The notes: generated by a model from the sequence alone, not told the origin. A stretch of DNA of 64,000 nucleotides from an uncultured Spirochaetota bacterium (GCA_964518675.1 CAZFGQ010000004.1:3631-67630); one strand, 5' to 3'; shown: positions 9,998-22,850, counted from the first letter of the stretch. A program made the numbers and translations.

Positions 9998-10183
9998 GTG
10001 AAGAAAGTAATAGCATTTTTAAGAGAAGCGAAAGCTGAGCTGAAAAAGGTGAACTGGCCTTCAAGGGAAGAAGTTTTGACCTCAACGAGGATAGTAATAA
10101 TTTCTATTCTAATTATTGGCGCAGTTATTGCGTTGATCGATTTTGTAGTGAAAACAGTAATATTCGCATTGCTCGGTGGGTAA
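9998..10183 (+). CDS. secE: Preprotein translocase subunit SecE
   Basis: GTG start 7 nt after a GGGGGAGG RBS. 61 aa: VKKVIAFLREAKAELKKVNWPSREEVLTSTRIVIISILIIGAVIALIDFVV..., a single C-terminal TM helix. Sits immediately upstream of nusG. Confidence 0.85.
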   Translation: MKKVIAFLREAKAELKKVNWPSREEVLTSTRIVIISILIIGAVIALIDFVVKTVIFALLGG

Positions 10184-10185
10184 GA

Positions 10186-10749
10186 ATGGCAAAAAACTGG
10201 TACGTTCTCCATACATATTCAGGTTATGAGAATAAAGTTGAAAAGGGATTGAAGAATCTCATAAAGAACAGTAATCTTGGTGAAGTTATTACGCAGATAA
10301 AGGTTCCAACGGAAGAGGTTTCTGAGGTAAGGGAGGGTAAAAAAAGGACTACCAGGAAAAAGTATTTTCCGGGATATATACTTCTTGAAATGAATCTGCC
10401 GGATCGATCTGATGCTGAATGGCAGAAGATACTTGCCCAGATAAAAAAAATTCCCGGAGTAACTGGTTTTGTTGGCAGTGGTCCCAATCGAAAACCAGCA
10501 CCTCTGTCGAGTGATGATGTGAAAAATATTCTGCAGCGAATGGGAGAGCTTAAAGGGGAAAAAGTTATTTCTCCAAGGCTGCTTTTTGAAGTTGGGGAAC
10601 AGGTAAGGGTAACAGATGGACCTTTTAAAACTTTCACTGGTATCGTGGAAGAGGTAAATCAGGAGAAGGGTAAAGTAAGAGTGAGGGTTGAGATTTTTGG
10701 AAGGTCAACGCCTGTTGAGTTAGATTTTTTACAGGTAGAGAAACTTTAA
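10186..10749 (+). CDS. nusG: Transcription termination/antitermination factor NusG
   Basis: 187 aa. N-terminal NGN domain (WYVLHTYSGYENKV) and C-terminal KOW domain (FEVGEQVRVTDGPFKTFTGIVEEV). Confidence 0.95.
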   Translation: MAKNWYVLHTYSGYENKVEKGLKNLIKNSNLGEVITQIKVPTEEVSEVREGKKRTTRKKYFPGYILLEMNLPDRSDAEWQKILAQIKKIPGVTGFVGSGPNRKPAPLSSDDVKNILQRMGELKGEKVISPRLLFEVGEQVRVTDGPFKTFTGIVEEVNQEKGKVRVRVEIFGRSTPVELDFLQVEKL

Positions 10750-11037
10750 CAGATTTAGTTTAACAGATTCGATAATAGATTTATTTTTGATAGATCTTTT
10801 ATATATTTTTAATGAAGGGAAGAAAAGGTTAACCATAAAGTAAGCTAATAATCCAGGTAATAGTTGAAGATAATTAGCAACCTGAGATATTTGTTGACCT
10901 GAAATGAATAAAAATATATCTTTTTGATTCCCTTTGAATCAGAATACTTAAATTAAAATTTTTGGAAAAAAGAAATAAAAAGCAAATTAATTTTAATAAA
11001 CTGAATTATTAACAGGGTGTTTTAGTGGAGAGCTATT

Positions 11038-11472
11038 ATGGCAAAGAAGCTTAAAGGAACGATAAAGCTACAGATACCTGCTGGTGAAGCGAGCCCAGCA
11101 CCACCTGTCGGACCAGCTCTTGGCCAGCATGGTGTAAATATAATGGAGTTTTGTAAAGCTTTTAATTCGAAAACAGAATCCCAGAAGGGTACTATTATTC
11201 CCGTAATAATATCTGTATATGAAGATAAATCTTTTACATTTATTACAAAAACACCACCAGCGGCTACTCTTATAAAAAAAGCCCTGGGGCTTGAAAAGGG
11301 TTCTGGAGAACCCAACAAGAATAAGGTTGGGGTTTTAACCCAGAAGCAACTTGAAGAGATAGCAAAAACAAAGATGCCCGATCTTAACGCTAATGATCTG
11401 GAGGCGGCTAAAAAAATTATTGAGGGAACAGCTCGAAGTATGGGAGTAGAAATAGAGGAAGTTGCCAGCTAA
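11038..11472 (+). CDS. rplK: 50S ribosomal protein L11
   Basis: [43 protein letters not shown]... is the canonical L11 N-terminus. Confidence 0.95.
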   Translation: MAKKLKGTIKLQIPAGEASPAPPVGPALGQHGVNIMEFCKAFNSKTESQKGTIIPVIISVYEDKSFTFITKTPPAATLIKKALGLEKGSGEPNKNKVGVLTQKQLEEIAKTKMPDLNANDLEAAKKIIEGTARSMGVEIEEVAS

Positions 11473-11531
11473 CATGCAATAATTAATTCAATGATTTATT
11501 GATAAGTACTCATTTTTGAGGGAGAACTCAG

Positions 11532-12212
11532 GTGAAGAGGGGTAAAAAATACAGAGCCGCAATGGAAAAAATTGATAGAACAAAAGCATATCCACTTGAG
11601 GAAGCTATAAAGATCTTAAAAGAGATATCTTATGCTAATTTTGACGAAACTGTAGAAATGGCCATAAATCTCAATATACTACAGAAACATACTATTAGGG
11701 ATACTGTTGTTCTTCCACATGGAACTGGAAAGCCTGTAAGGGTTCTGGTGTTTGCCAAGGGGGATAAGGCAAAAGAGGCTGAGGAAGCAGGGGCAGATTA
11801 TGTTGGTGATATAGATTTAATAGAAAAGATTAAATCTGGGTGGCTTGAGTTCGATGTTGCAGTAGCAACACCTGATATGATGAAGGATGTCGGCAAGTTG
11901 GGCCCTATACTTGGCAGAAGGGGACTTATGCCCAATCCAAAAACCCAGACAGTTACAAATGATATTAAGGGAATTGTAAAAGAACTGAAAAGAGGAAGGG
12001 TTGAATTCAGAGCTGATAAAACGAAAATAATCCATCTGGGTGTTGGGAAACTCTCTATGGAAGATGAAAAAATAGCTGAAAATTGCCGTGTACTTTATGA
12101 AACTGTACTCCATAAAAGACCTCCTGATATAAAGGGAGAGTTTATAAAATCGGTTTACCTTTCCTCAACTATGAGTCCGGGATTAAAGATAGACCACAAG
12201 ATGATAGCCTGA
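11532..12212 (+). CDS. rplA: 50S ribosomal protein L1
   Basis: 226 aa. KYRAAMEKIDRTKAYPLEEAIKILKE... matches the L1 family. Confidence 0.95.
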   Translation: MKRGKKYRAAMEKIDRTKAYPLEEAIKILKEISYANFDETVEMAINLNILQKHTIRDTVVLPHGTGKPVRVLVFAKGDKAKEAEEAGADYVGDIDLIEKIKSGWLEFDVAVATPDMMKDVGKLGPILGRRGLMPNPKTQTVTNDIKGIVKELKRGRVEFRADKTKIIHLGVGKLSMEDEKIAENCRVLYETVLHKRPPDIKGEFIKSVYLSSTMSPGLKIDHKMIA

Positions 12213-12299
12213 AGATTTAAATCAATCTCAATTGAAGTTATTTTGAGATGTTGGAGAAGTAATATAAAGAGGTATATATAATAGTGCAGGGAGTAGAAA

Positions 12300-12857
12300 A
12301 TGGTTCACCAGGCAACCACAAAGTTCCAAAGACCAGCACAACAGTGGAAGGTAGAGAGGGTAAGAAAGTTAAAAGAGGAGTTGCAGAGTTCGAGTAGTTT
12401 TATCTTTACAGACTATCGTGGACTGAATGTTCAGCAGATAACTGAATTAAGAAATTCTTTAAGAGAAAAGAAAGCTGAGTTTCATGTTGTTAAGAATAAT
12501 TTTGCAAGAAGAGTATTTGAGGAACTTGGGTACAATGGTCTTGAGGGATTCCTCGTTGGCCCTACTGCTATAGCGTATACAAGCATGGATATATCTGAAA
12601 TAGCGAAGGTTCTTGTAGATACCAGAAAAGAAACTACCCTGACGATCAAGGGTGGTTATGTTGAAGGGTCGGTATTAACGGCGGATCAGATCGAGGAAAT
12701 ATCTAAACTACCATCACGAGATGTTCTTATTGCACAGGCTATTGGATTGATGAACGCTCCCGTGAGAGGATTGGTAATCACACTTAACGAAATCATAGGC
12801 AAGTTTGTGCGTACTTTAAAGGCGATTGAGGATAAGAAAAGAGCAGAAGCTGCTTAA
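12300..12857 (+). CDS. rplJ: 50S ribosomal protein L10
   Basis: 185 aa with the L10 family pattern. Position between rplA and rplL. Confidence 0.9.
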   Translation: MVHQATTKFQRPAQQWKVERVRKLKEELQSSSSFIFTDYRGLNVQQITELRNSLREKKAEFHVVKNNFARRVFEELGYNGLEGFLVGPTAIAYTSMDISEIAKVLVDTRKETTLTIKGGYVEGSVLTADQIEEISKLPSRDVLIAQAIGLMNAPVRGLVITLNEIIGKFVRTLKAIEDKKRAEAA

Positions 12858-12955
12858 GAATAACTTTTAAGAAATAAAGAGGGCAGATGTCTTCCACGTA
12901 TTTGCCTGCATCTGCTCTTTTAAATACTGATAATAGAAATAGAGGAGAAGATAAT

Positions 12956-13357
12956 ATGGCAAAGGAAAACTTAACGAAGGATGATTTGATTGCGGCAATA
13001 GAGAAGATGACCGTGATCGAACTTGCAGAGCTTGTAAAAGCACTCGAGGAAAAGTTCGGTGTTTCAGCAGCAGCTCCTGCGGTCGTGGCTGCAGGTGCAC
13101 CAGGTGCTCCCACAGCTGGTGCTGAGGGCGCAGCAGAGGAAGAGAAAACAGAGTTTTCTGTTTTCTTAACTGCTATTGGTGATAAAAAGATACAGGTCAT
13201 TAAAGAGGTTAGGGCAATAACGAACCTTGGTCTTAAAGAAGCTAAGGAACTTGTTGAGAGTATGTCGAAACCAATAGTAGAGAATGTGGATAAGAAAACT
13301 GCAGAAGAGGTTAAGGCAAAACTGGAAGCTGCAGGAGCCACAGTAGAGCTTAAATGA
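12956..13357 (+). CDS. rplL: 50S ribosomal protein L7/L12
   Basis: In-frame ATG at 12956 after an [49 protein letters not shown], an Ala/Pro hinge, then ...[39 protein letters not shown]. The track's longer ORF begins 69 nt upstream with non-homologous residues. Confidence 0.93.
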   Translation: MAKENLTKDDLIAAIEKMTVIELAELVKALEEKFGVSAAAPAVVAAGAPGAPTAGAEGAAEEEKTEFSVFLTAIGDKKIQVIKEVRAITNLGLKEAKELVESMSKPIVENVDKKTAEEVKAKLEAAGATVELK

Positions 13358-13807
13358 TGAGCTTAAATGATTTGGAAAAAACATTGTTGTCTAAAAAAAC
13401 ATTTGCGTTAGCTTCAGGATAATATGATATATATTGTTATGATTGAAGGATTGAAAAAAGGGCATATCTCAAGAAACAAATATATCATATCTGGTATTTA
13501 ACCGGGATATGGAGAAAATTGATTACTTTGAAGCTTTGAGTTTTATACTTGTAAAAATTGGTTTCAATCTAAAGAATCATATTCTAAAAGGTGAAATTCC
13601 ATCTAAATTATTTAACAATTGTATATATATTTATTATATTTGTTTAGCCCTCTGTAATATAGGGAGGGATAGGTATGTTCTTCTTGTTGAACCTGTATAA
13701 TGAGAAAAATAGGTTCACTTCTATAAAATGATAAAAAAGGCCAATTTGATAACCTACCCGATAAAAAAAAAGATAATCAGAAAAAAGATATTAAAAAGAG
13801 GTAAAAA

Positions 13808-16800
13808 ATGAGAAAGCTTAGAGAAAGGGTTTTGATGGGAACACCATCAGAACAGATTATTGAAATACCAAATCTTATAGAAATCCAGCTTACCTCATAT
13901 GAGAGATTTCTCCAGAGAAAAAAACTGGAGAACGGGGAACCTCTTGAAAGCGAAGGGCTTCAGGCTGTTTTTGAGTCTACTTTTCCAATAGAGAGCCCTA
14001 ATGGCGATATGGTGCTTCAGTTTGAGAGCTATTCATTTGATGAACCCAAGTATACCGAAGAGGAATGTAAAGAAAAAGGGTTAACATATGCACTTCCGCT
14101 GAAAGCAACTATAGATCTGATTTTTACAGAAACCGGTGAGATAAGAAGAAAAGTTCTCTATATGGGTGATATACCACTGATGACGGAGAGGGGTACATTC
14201 ATTATAAATGGGGCCGAGCGAGTGGTTGTCAGCCAGATACACCGTTCTCCAGGGGTTGTATTTGGCTACGAAGAACGGGATCAGATGCACACTGCGAGGA
14301 TAATTCCAGATAGGGGATCCTGGCTTGAATTCGAACTGGAGGATAAGAAAGAACTGCTGTATATCCGAATTGATAGAAAGAGGAGAATTCTTGCGACCCT
14401 TCTTTTAAGGGCTATTGGGTTTGATACCCGTGAGCAGATTATCAAGCTTTTCTACAAGACGAGGAAGGAAAAGATAACTGAGAGTGTTATAGCTGAAGGT
14501 AAGCTGAACAACCAGTATGTGGCAAAGGATTATTACTCCAAGGAGGAAGAGAATAAGAAACTTGTAAGAGCCGGGGAGAGACTAATTCCCACAACACTTG
14601 ATACCCTGCTTCATGAAGGAATCACAGAGATAGAGATTATAGACTTTGAAGCTGCTGATAGCCTGAACTCAACGGTTATTATAAATTGCCTTGATAAAGA
14701 AGATTTTCCAAAAGACCCGGATAATCCTTTCAAAGATGAACCCACACGAGAAGATGCCATAATCAGAATTTATTCAGTAATACATCCGGGTGAGCCAACT
14801 ACTTTCGAAAATGCTGAGAGGGATATTTCAACTTTGTTCTTTGATCCAAAGAGATATGACCTGGGGCGAGTTGGAAGATACAAACTGAATAAAAAGTTTG
14901 GTTACGATGACAATGTAGAAGAAAGAGTCCTGAGAAAAGATGACATTATAAATACGATGAAATATCTGATAAAGGTCTACATTGGTGAAGGCACTATAGA
15001 TAATATCGATCATCTTGGCAATAGAAGGGTTCGTTCGGTGGGTGAGCTGTTTATGAATCATCTTAAGATAGGTTTTGCCAGGATGGAGCGAATCGCAAAG
15101 GAAAGAATGTCCCTGAAGGAGGCCGATACCCTGAGGCCCCAGGATCTGATAAGCATTAAACCTATAACAGCAGCCATAAAAGAGTTTTTTGGATCAAGTC
15201 AGCTTTCTCAGTTTATGGATCAGGTTAATCCTTTATCAGAGCTAACCCATAAGCGAAGGTTAAATGCGCTTGGTCCGGGAGGACTTTCGAGAGAAAGGGC
15301 AGGATTTGAGGTTCGTGATGTTCATTATAGCCATTATGGCAGGATGTGTCCAATTGAAACCCCTGAGGGACCAAATATCGGGTTGATTGTTTCCCTTGCA
15401 CTTTATGCAAGGGTTAATGAGTTCGGATTCCTCGAGACTCCTTACAGAAAGGTTGAGAATGGAAGAGTAACCAAAAAAATAGAATACCTCACTGCAATGG
15501 ATGAGGAGAAATATAAAATTGCCCAGGCAAATGCCAGAATTGGAAAGGACGGAAGATTTCTCGATAGTTATGTTGCAGCAAGGTTCAGGGGAGAGTTCCT
15601 CCAGGTGCGGCCTGAGGAAATCCAGTATATCGATGTAGCTCCCAGTCAGATAATAAGTGTTTCAACTTCTCTAATTCCGTTTCTCGAGCATGACGATGCA
15701 AACAGAGCACTGATGGGCTCCAATATGCAGAGGCAGGCTGTTCCGCTTGTAAGGCCTCAGGCACCCAGAATTGGAACCGGAATCGAATTGAAAGCGGCTT
15801 ACGATTCGGGTGTTTTGGTAAAGGCAAAGAGATCCGGGAAAGTGGTTTATGTCGATTCGAGGAAGATAGTGATAAAACCCGGTGATGGCGATGAAGAGGA
15901 TGTTTACAGGCTCATTAAGTATAAGCGGACGAACCAGGATACCTGTTTCAATCAGAAACCTCTTGTGAAGGTTGGTGATAGGGTCAATAAGGATGACGTA
16001 ATAGCCGATGGACCTTCTACAGATAAGGGAGAGCTTGCGCTGGGCAGAAATGTGTTAGTTGCATATATGCCGTGGATGGGGTTTAATTTCGAGGATGCAA
16101 TTCTTATAAGCCAGAGAATTGTGAAGGATGATAGCTTTACTTCCATCCATATTGAGGAGTTCGTGGTCGAGGTGAGGGAAACCAAACTTGGAATGGAGAC
16201 AATTACGAGGGATATACCGAATGTAAGTGAAGAAGCTTTCAAGGATCTTGATGAAGAAGGGATAGTTAGAATAGGTGCAAAGGTAAAGCCTGGTTCGATA
16301 CTTGTGGGTAAGGTGACACCTAAAGGAGAAACAGACGTAACACCAGAATACAAGCTTCTTAACTCAATATTTGGAGAAAAGGCGAAGAATGTTAAAGATA
16401 CAAGTCTGAGAGTTCCCCATGGAACCGAAGGAACTGTTATAGATGTGAAACGTTTGAGAAGGGTTGATGGCGATGAACTTCCACCTGGTGTCGAAGAGGT
16501 TGTAAAAGTATATATAGCGGCAAAGAGGAAGTTGCAGGAAGGTGATAAACTCGCAGGAAGACATGGAAATAAAGGTGTTGTTTCCAGGGTTCTGCCAGAG
16601 GAGGATATGCCATTCCTTGAAGATGGAACCCCAATCGATATAGTGCTCAATCCACTTGGTGTTCCATCAAGAATGAACCTGGGTCAGATACTTGAGGCAA
16701 GCCTTGGATGGGTAGCGGATAAGCTTGATGTATACATAAGCACCCCTGTATTTCAGAGTGCTAAGTGGGAACAGATTGAGGAGGCTCTGAAAAAGGCCGG

Positions 16801-17302
16801 TCTTCCTGCAAATGGTAAGGCAAAGCTTTATGACGGTCTGACCGGTGAGCCTTTCAAGAATGAAGTTACGGTTGGTGTTATATATATGCTTAAGCTTGCC
16901 CATCTTGTTGATGACAAGATCCACGCAAGGTCAACTGGTCCTTACTCCCTTGTTACACAGCAACCGCTTGGAGGAAAGGCCCAGTTTGGAGGTCAGAGAC
17001 TTGGGGAGATGGAGGTATGGGCTCTCGAGGCTTATGGAGCAGCCAACAACCTGCAGGAACTCTTAACGGTAAAATCGGATGATATGACTGGAAGGGCCAA
17101 AATGTACGAGGCTATAGTAAAGGGAGAGAATATTGCAATTTCTGGGATTCCAGAATCATTCAACGTACTTGTTCAGGAACTCAGGGGGTTGTGTCTTGAT
17201 CTTACGGTTTACGATGAGGATGGAAATCAAATACCGCTTACAGAGAGAGATGAAGAGCTTATAGAACATAGAAATTACAAAATTCTTGAAACAAACGTTT
17301 AA
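13808..17302 (+). CDS. rpoB: DNA-directed RNA polymerase subunit beta
   Basis: 1164 aa with conserved RpoB blocks (e.g. [64 protein letters not shown]). Confidence 0.97.
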   Translation: MRKLRERVLMGTPSEQIIEIPNLIEIQLTSYERFLQRKKLENGEPLESEGLQAVFESTFPIESPNGDMVLQFESYSFDEPKYTEEECKEKGLTYALPLKATIDLIFTETGEIRRKVLYMGDIPLMTERGTFIINGAERVVVSQIHRSPGVVFGYEERDQMHTARIIPDRGSWLEFELEDKKELLYIRIDRKRRILATLLLRAIGFDTREQIIKLFYKTRKEKITESVIAEGKLNNQYVAKDYYSKEEENKKLVRAGERLIPTTLDTLLHEGITEIEIIDFEAADSLNSTVIINCLDKEDFPKDPDNPFKDEPTREDAIIRIYSVIHPGEPTTFENAERDISTLFFDPKRYDLGRVGRYKLNKKFGYDDNVEERVLRKDDIINTMKYLIKVYIGEGTIDNIDHLGNRRVRSVGELFMNHLKIGFARMERIAKERMSLKEADTLRPQDLISIKPITAAIKEFFGSSQLSQFMDQVNPLSELTHKRRLNALGPGGLSRERAGFEVRDVHYSHYGRMCPIETPEGPNIGLIVSLALYARVNEFGFLETPYRKVENGRVTKKIEYLTAMDEEKYKIAQANARIGKDGRFLDSYVAARFRGEFLQVRPEEIQYIDVAPSQIISVSTSLIPFLEHDDANRALMGSNMQRQAVPLVRPQAPRIGTGIELKAAYDSGVLVKAKRSGKVVYVDSRKIVIKPGDGDEEDVYRLIKYKRTNQDTCFNQKPLVKVGDRVNKDDVIADGPSTDKGELALGRNVLVAYMPWMGFNFEDAILISQRIVKDDSFTSIHIEEFVVEVRETKLGMETITRDIPNVSEEAFKDLDEEGIVRIGAKVKPGSILVGKVTPKGETDVTPEYKLLNSIFGEKAKNVKDTSLRVPHGTEGTVIDVKRLRRVDGDELPPGVEEVVKVYIAAKRKLQEGDKLAGRHGNKGVVSRVLPEEDMPFLEDGTPIDIVLNPLGVPSRMNLGQILEASLGWVADKLDVYISTPVFQSAKWEQIEEALKKAGLPANGKAKLYDGLTGEPFKNEVTVGVIYMLKLAHLVDDKIHARSTGPYSLVTQQPLGGKAQFGGQRLGEMEVWALEAYGAANNLQELLTVKSDDMTGRAKMYEAIVKGENIAISGIPESFNVLVQELRGLCLDLTVYDEDGNQIPLTERDEELIEHRNYKILETNV

Positions 17303-17325
17303 AATTTTAGACAAGAGGTAAATAA

Positions 17326-20300
17326 ATGAAAAAGCTCAACGAGTTTTCAAGGATAAAGATAAAACTGGCTTCACCAGACCAGATCAGAAAATGGTCATAC
17401 GGTGAGGTCAAAAAACCTGAAACAATAAATTACAGGACACTTAGACCAGAGAGGGATGGGCTTTTTTGCGAGAAAATATTTGGAACAACAAAGGAATACG
17501 AATGTTACTGTGGAAAGTTCAAGAGCATAAGATATAAGGGAGTTGTATGCGATAGATGTGGAGTTGAGGTTACACATTTCAAAGTTAGAAGAGAAAGAAT
17601 GGGCCACATTGAACTTGCGGCTCCCGTTGCGCATATATGGTTTTACAGAAGTGTGCCATCGAGAATGGGACTTCTTCTAAATCTTTCGATGACTGAGCTC
17701 AGAAGTGTCCTGTATTTTGAGAAATACATCGTGATAGATCCCGGCGATACTGATCTGAAGAAGATGCAACTTCTTACAGAAGAGGAGTATGAAGAATACA
17801 GGGAACGTTTTGGAATGAGTTTCACAGCCGGCATAGGTGCCGATGCGATTAAAACGCTGCTGAAAAATCTGGATCTGGATGCACTTGCAGCTGAGCTTCG
17901 GGCTGAAATGATGGAGAAGGGAACAAAAACTGATAAGAGGATATTAAAGAGATTAGAGATAGTGGAGGATTTCAGGGAATCCGGGAACAGGCCGGAATGG
18001 ATGATCCTTGATGTTATACCTGTGATACCCCCGGAGCTTCGTCCGATGGTTCAGCTTGATGGAGGTAGGTTCGCAACTTCAGATCTAAATGATCTTTATA
18101 GAAGGGTTATAAATAGAAACAACAGGTTAAAAAGACTGATAGCTCTTAATGCGCCTGAAATAATAGTAAGAAATGAAAAGAGAATGCTTCAGGAAGCGGT
18201 AGACGCTCTGTTCGATAACAGCAGAAAGAAGAGAGTTGTCAGAGGGCCGGGAAATAGACCTCTGAAATCGCTTGCTGATATGCTCAAAGGCAAACAGGGT
18301 AGGTTCAGACAGAACCTGCTTGGAAAGAGGGTTGATTACTCTGGTAGATCGGTTATAGTGGTTGGCCCTGAGTTGAAGATGCACCAGTGTGGTCTTCCTG
18401 CGTTAATGGCCATGGAGCTGTTCAAGCCATTTATCATGAAAAAACTGGTTGACAAGGGTATTGTTTACAATATTAAAAGAGCCAAAACAATGGTTGAGCA
18501 GAGAGCGCCCGAGGTATGGTCAGTGCTCGAGGAGGTTGTTTCTGAACATCCTGTTCTGCTTAATAGAGCCCCCACACTCCACAGGATGGGAATCCAGGCC
18601 TTTGAACCTGTGCTCGTAGAAGGAAAGGCCATACGGCTGCATCCTCTTGTATGTCATGCTTTTAATGCTGACTTCGATGGCGATCAGATGGCTGTTCATG
18701 TGCCACTCTCGCTTGAAGCTCAAATTGAATCGTGGATACTTATGCTTTCTTCGAAAAACCTGCTCAATCCAGCAAATGGTCTCCCAATTGTGAGTCCAAC
18801 ACAGGATATGATTCTTGGCATATATTATCTTACAAAAGAAGATCCAACGAAGGATTCCGAGAAAAAGAAGTATTTCGGTTCTCCAGAAGAAGTTCTTGTA
18901 GCAATTGAAAACGGTGTGGTTGATTACCATGAGAAGATAATTCTCAGATTAAATAATGGAAATGGATGGGAGAAAATCGAAACTACACCAGGAAGGGTTG
19001 TTTTTAACTCGGTTCTGCCGAAGGGGATGGAATTTTTGAATTATGCACTTGGAGAAAAAGAACTCAATTCTCTGGTGAGTACCTGTTATGATAAATTTGG
19101 TGCAGCAGTGACAGCTAAGATGCTGGATGAGATTAAGGATCTTGGTTTTAAATATGCCACGTACTTTGGTGTGACAATAGGAATGGAAGATATAAAGATC
19201 CCATCTCAGAAAAAGGTACTTCTAGAGAAAGCGGAAAAAGAAGTAGCTGAAGTTTATGAGCAGTACCGCAATGGACTTATCACAAATGAGGAGAGGTACA
19301 ATAAGGTTGTAGATATATGGACTGCGGTTAACGAGAGAATCGCTGATGTAATGATGGAAGAACTTAAAAAAGATAAGAATGGGTTTAATCCAGTCTATAT
19401 GATGGCTCATTCCGGGGCAAGAGGTTCTAAGACCCAGATAAGGCAGCTTGCCGGAATGCGTGGTTTAATGGCCAAACCTTCCGGTGAGATAATCGAACTT
19501 CCCATTAAATCGAACTTCAAGGAAGGATTGACGGTACTGGAATATTTTAACTCCACTCATGGAGCACGAAAAGGTCTTGCAGATACCGCTCTGAAGACGG
19601 CAGATGCAGGATATCTAACAAGAAGGCTTGTTGATATAGCACAGGATGTGGTTGTAACGGAAGAGGATTGTGGTACGATTAACGGAATAGAGATGAGTGC
19701 TCTGAAAGAAGAGGATAATATAATTGAGTCTCTATACGACAGAATTGTTGGAAGATATACGGTAGACAGGGTGAGGGATCCCAGAACTAAAGAAATAATA
19801 ATAGAGGCGAATCAGGAGATTACAGAGGAGATTGCAAGGCGAATTGAAAACTCCGGGATTGAAAAGGTTAAGGTTAGGACAGTTCTCACATGCGAGTCTC
19901 CCCATGGTGTATGTGTAAAATGTTATGGTAGAAACCTTGCAACAAAAAAGACCGTTGATATTGGTGAGGCTGTTGGAATAGTTGCTGCAGAGTCCATAGG
20001 ACAGCCCGGTACACAGCTTACAATGCGTACATTCCATATAGGTGGTACAGCGGCTCGAAAGACAGAAGAAAACATGATCAGGTTAAATTATCCCGTCTAT
20101 GTTAAAAAGATTGAAGGAAAGTTCATTAAGAGAAAAGATGGAAAAACTGTTATTCCAAGAAGGGGAGTTATTACAGTTCAGAGGATTTATCATCAGTATT
20201 CACTTGATGATTTTGAACCGTTTGTTGAAGATGGTGAGTTTCTTGAACCGGGTCATGTGGTGGCGAGGTCCAAGAAAGAAAGTATGGATGTTGAAACAAC

Positions 20301-21555
20301 AATGAGAGCAAGGGCTAAGATAGTTGATGGAATGCTTCTACTTCTGGGAGATCCATATGAGATTGTAATGAAAACAGGTTCAGAAATACTCGTTAAAGAG
20401 GGAGATATAGTTGATGAGAAAACTCCACTGACGAAATTTGACCCCTTTGCTGAACACATCCTTACTGAGTATTCAGGAAAAGTACAGCTAATGGGCATTA
20501 TCTCCGGTACTACTGTAAAGCAGGAAATAGACGAAGTAACTGGAGTTATAAATAACATCATAATGGATTTTCAGGACGAAGAACTCCAGCCAAAGGTTGT
20601 AATAGTGGATGATGAGGGTAATGAGCTTATCAGTTATAATATACCTGGCGGTGCATACCTGATGGTTGAGGATAATCAGGAGATCAGTGCAGGCGAGGTA
20701 ATTGCGAAGATACCGAGAGGTCAAGCGAAGACAAAAGATATTACGGGAGGTCTGCCAAGGGTAGCAGACCTGTTTGAGGCAAGAAAGCCCAAGGATTCGG
20801 CGGTACTGGCAAAGGTTAATGGAACTGTTAGATTTGGACCAATTGCAAAAGGGAAGAGGGTAATTATTGTCGAGGATGAGCATGGTAATGAGTTCAAACA
20901 TTTTATTCCTCTTGGCAAGCATATTACTGTGAGGGATGGAGATGTTGTTAAGGCTGGTTTCCCACTTTGCGATGGTGCTATGAATCCCCATGATATTCTG
21001 CAAATTCTGGGAGAGCAGGCCCTCCAGAGCTGGCTTGTGAATGAGATACAGGAAGTTTACCGAATGCAGGGAGTAAATATTAACGACAAGCATATAGGTG
21101 TAATTGTAAGACAGATGTTGAGGAAGGTTGAAATAGTGGATGTTGGAGACACTAACTTTATAGTTGGCCAGCAGGTTGACAAGCATGTTTTTAAGCAGGA
21201 GAACGAAAGAGTGGTCAAGCTGGGTGGAAGCCCCGCTATTGCAAAACCGGTACTTCTCGGAATAACAAGGGCAGCGCTCAATATCGATAGTTTTATCTCT
21301 GCGGCCTCATTCCAGGAGACATCCAGAGTACTTACCAACGCAGCGATAAAGGGAAGCGTTGATCATCTAAGAGGGTTGAAAGAGAATGTGATCATTGGTC
21401 ATCTAATTCCGGCCGGGACTGGAATCAAATACTATAAGAATCTTGAATTGTACAGAGAAGAACCAGGTGATATGGAATTCCCGGAGGAGATAAAAGAAAA
21501 GATAGAGGGCGTGGTGGATGTAAAAAAGGAAGAAGTCGGGGGTGCAGTATTCTGA
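17326..21555 (+). CDS. rpoC: DNA-directed RNA polymerase subunit beta'
   Basis: 1409 aa. Zinc-finger [23 protein letters not shown], active-site [14 protein letters not shown], and trigger-loop/bridge-helix regions. Confidence 0.97.
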   Translation: MKKLNEFSRIKIKLASPDQIRKWSYGEVKKPETINYRTLRPERDGLFCEKIFGTTKEYECYCGKFKSIRYKGVVCDRCGVEVTHFKVRRERMGHIELAAPVAHIWFYRSVPSRMGLLLNLSMTELRSVLYFEKYIVIDPGDTDLKKMQLLTEEEYEEYRERFGMSFTAGIGADAIKTLLKNLDLDALAAELRAEMMEKGTKTDKRILKRLEIVEDFRESGNRPEWMILDVIPVIPPELRPMVQLDGGRFATSDLNDLYRRVINRNNRLKRLIALNAPEIIVRNEKRMLQEAVDALFDNSRKKRVVRGPGNRPLKSLADMLKGKQGRFRQNLLGKRVDYSGRSVIVVGPELKMHQCGLPALMAMELFKPFIMKKLVDKGIVYNIKRAKTMVEQRAPEVWSVLEEVVSEHPVLLNRAPTLHRMGIQAFEPVLVEGKAIRLHPLVCHAFNADFDGDQMAVHVPLSLEAQIESWILMLSSKNLLNPANGLPIVSPTQDMILGIYYLTKEDPTKDSEKKKYFGSPEEVLVAIENGVVDYHEKIILRLNNGNGWEKIETTPGRVVFNSVLPKGMEFLNYALGEKELNSLVSTCYDKFGAAVTAKMLDEIKDLGFKYATYFGVTIGMEDIKIPSQKKVLLEKAEKEVAEVYEQYRNGLITNEERYNKVVDIWTAVNERIADVMMEELKKDKNGFNPVYMMAHSGARGSKTQIRQLAGMRGLMAKPSGEIIELPIKSNFKEGLTVLEYFNSTHGARKGLADTALKTADAGYLTRRLVDIAQDVVVTEEDCGTINGIEMSALKEEDNIIESLYDRIVGRYTVDRVRDPRTKEIIIEANQEITEEIARRIENSGIEKVKVRTVLTCESPHGVCVKCYGRNLATKKTVDIGEAVGIVAAESIGQPGTQLTMRTFHIGGTAARKTEENMIRLNYPVYVKKIEGKFIKRKDGKTVIPRRGVITVQRIYHQYSLDDFEPFVEDGEFLEPGHVVARSKKESMDVETTMRARAKIVDGMLLLLGDPYEIVMKTGSEILVKEGDIVDEKTPLTKFDPFAEHILTEYSGKVQLMGIISGTTVKQEIDEVTGVINNIIMDFQDEELQPKVVIVDDEGNELISYNIPGGAYLMVEDNQEISAGEVIAKIPRGQAKTKDITGGLPRVADLFEARKPKDSAVLAKVNGTVRFGPIAKGKRVIIVEDEHGNEFKHFIPLGKHITVRDGDVVKAGFPLCDGAMNPHDILQILGEQALQSWLVNEIQEVYRMQGVNINDKHIGVIVRQMLRKVEIVDVGDTNFIVGQQVDKHVFKQENERVVKLGGSPAIAKPVLLGITRAALNIDSFISAASFQETSRVLTNAAIKGSVDHLRGLKENVIIGHLIPAGTGIKYYKNLELYREEPGDMEFPEEIKEKIEGVVDVKKEEVGGAVF

Positions 21556-21646
21556 TTTCTGATAATACATTATGCTGATTTGCTAAAAATATTGACTTAA
21601 GATAGATGTTTAATTATCTTTCGCTTAACATTTAGCGGAGCAATAT

Positions 21647-22021
21647 ATGCCGACAATAAATCAGCTTGTCAGAAAGGGAAGAAAAAAGATAGTAAAGAAA
21701 ACCGGTGCACCAGCACTGCAGGGTTGCCCCCAGAAACGTGGGGTGTGCACAAGGGTAATGACTTTTACGCCTAAAAAGCCAAACTCCGCCCTTAGGAAGG
21801 TGGCGAGAGTGAGGCTATCTAATGGTATAGAAGTTACGGCATATATTCCTGGTATTGGACATAACCTTCAGGAACACTCTGTTGTTTTGATAAGGGGTGG
21901 AAGGGTTAAAGATTTACCAGGTGTCAGGTACCACATTATTCGTGGTACTCTTGATACACTTGGCGTAGAAAACAGAAGAAAAGCAAGGTCAAAATACGGG
22001 GTTAAGAAACCCAAAGCCTAG
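21647..22021 (+). CDS. rpsL: 30S ribosomal protein S12
   Basis: [14 protein letters not shown]...[19 protein letters not shown]... is canonical S12. Confidence 0.97.
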   Translation: MPTINQLVRKGRKKIVKKTGAPALQGCPQKRGVCTRVMTFTPKKPNSALRKVARVRLSNGIEVTAYIPGIGHNLQEHSVVLIRGGRVKDLPGVRYHIIRGTLDTLGVENRRKARSKYGVKKPKA

Positions 22022-22379
22022 TTATATATAAATAGAACGAATGTCGAGTTTTCTGAATAATAGAAATCCGAATGCAAAGCAGAACTAGAAATGTCGTAGT
22101 GCCGGCGAACTTCGAACAATTTAAATCAATATTTTTTGATTTCTCTATTTTGTATTAATAATTTGCGGTTCATAATGAAAACTTGAAGTTCGCCCTAAAT
22201 ATAAAGTTTAATACATCAGTTTTCCTGATTTTGTTCAAGGAGAAACCAACGGGTTAGCCCGTAGAGGTCCCTTGAAGGGAGCCGGTTTCTGCTGTAAACC
22301 GGCTAATTTTTTGCCACTTGCTTGTGTTTTACTAATTCGAAATATTCACTATAAGTTTAAGAATTTCAGAGGAGTAAAA

Positions 22380-22850
22380 ATGCCTAGAAGACATTATACG
22401 AGAAAGCAGAAGATAATGCCTGATCCGAAATATGGATCTGTACTGGTATCTAAATTTGTAAATAATCTAATGAAAAATGGTAAGAAGAGTCTGGCTCAGA
22501 GAATACTCTATGGGGCCTTTGACATTATTGAGGCAAAGATGAAGAAGCCACCTCTCGAGGTTTTTAATAAAGCTCTTGATAATGTTAAACCGGAGCTGGA
22601 GGTAAAGTCCAGAAGGGTAGGTGGTGCAACATATCAGGTTCCGGTTGAGGTAAGACCTGAGCGGAAGGTTTCGCTTGCAATAAAGTGGATTATTTTTTAT
22701 GCACGGGCACGGCATGGGAAATCCATGAGTGAGAAACTTGCAGCAGAGCTGATGGATGCATACAACAACACAGGTGGTGCCATCAAGAAAAGGGATGATA
22801 CGAGAAAGATGGCTGAAGCCAATAAAGCTTTTGCGCATTACAGGTGGTAG
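22380..22850 (+). CDS. rpsG: 30S ribosomal protein S7
   Basis: In-frame ATG at 22380 after a [29 protein letters not shown]... is the S7 N-terminus. The track ORF from 22272 adds 36 non-homologous residues. Confidence 0.93.
   Translation: MPRRHYTRKQKIMPDPKYGSVLVSKFVNNLMKNGKKSLAQRILYGAFDIIEAKMKKPPLEVFNKALDNVKPELEVKSRRVGGATYQVPVEVRPERKVSLAIKWIIFYARARHGKSMSEKLAAELMDAYNNTGGAIKKRDDTRKMAEANKAFAHYRW

Noticed and set aside
12793-13341. 182-aa minus-strand ORF rich in Ala/Ser
   Set aside because: Antisense to rplJ/rplL. Its low-complexity Ala-rich reading mirrors the L7/L12 hinge, with no independent support.
15952-16650. 232-aa minus-strand ORF
   Set aside because: Antisense within rpoB. Ser/Thr-rich low-complexity translation typical of reverse-strand artefacts in long conserved genes.
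20488-21186. 232-aa minus-strand ORF, plus several 60-100-aa ORFs inside rpoC
   Set aside because: All are antisense to the uninterrupted rpoC frame. No start signals or homology.
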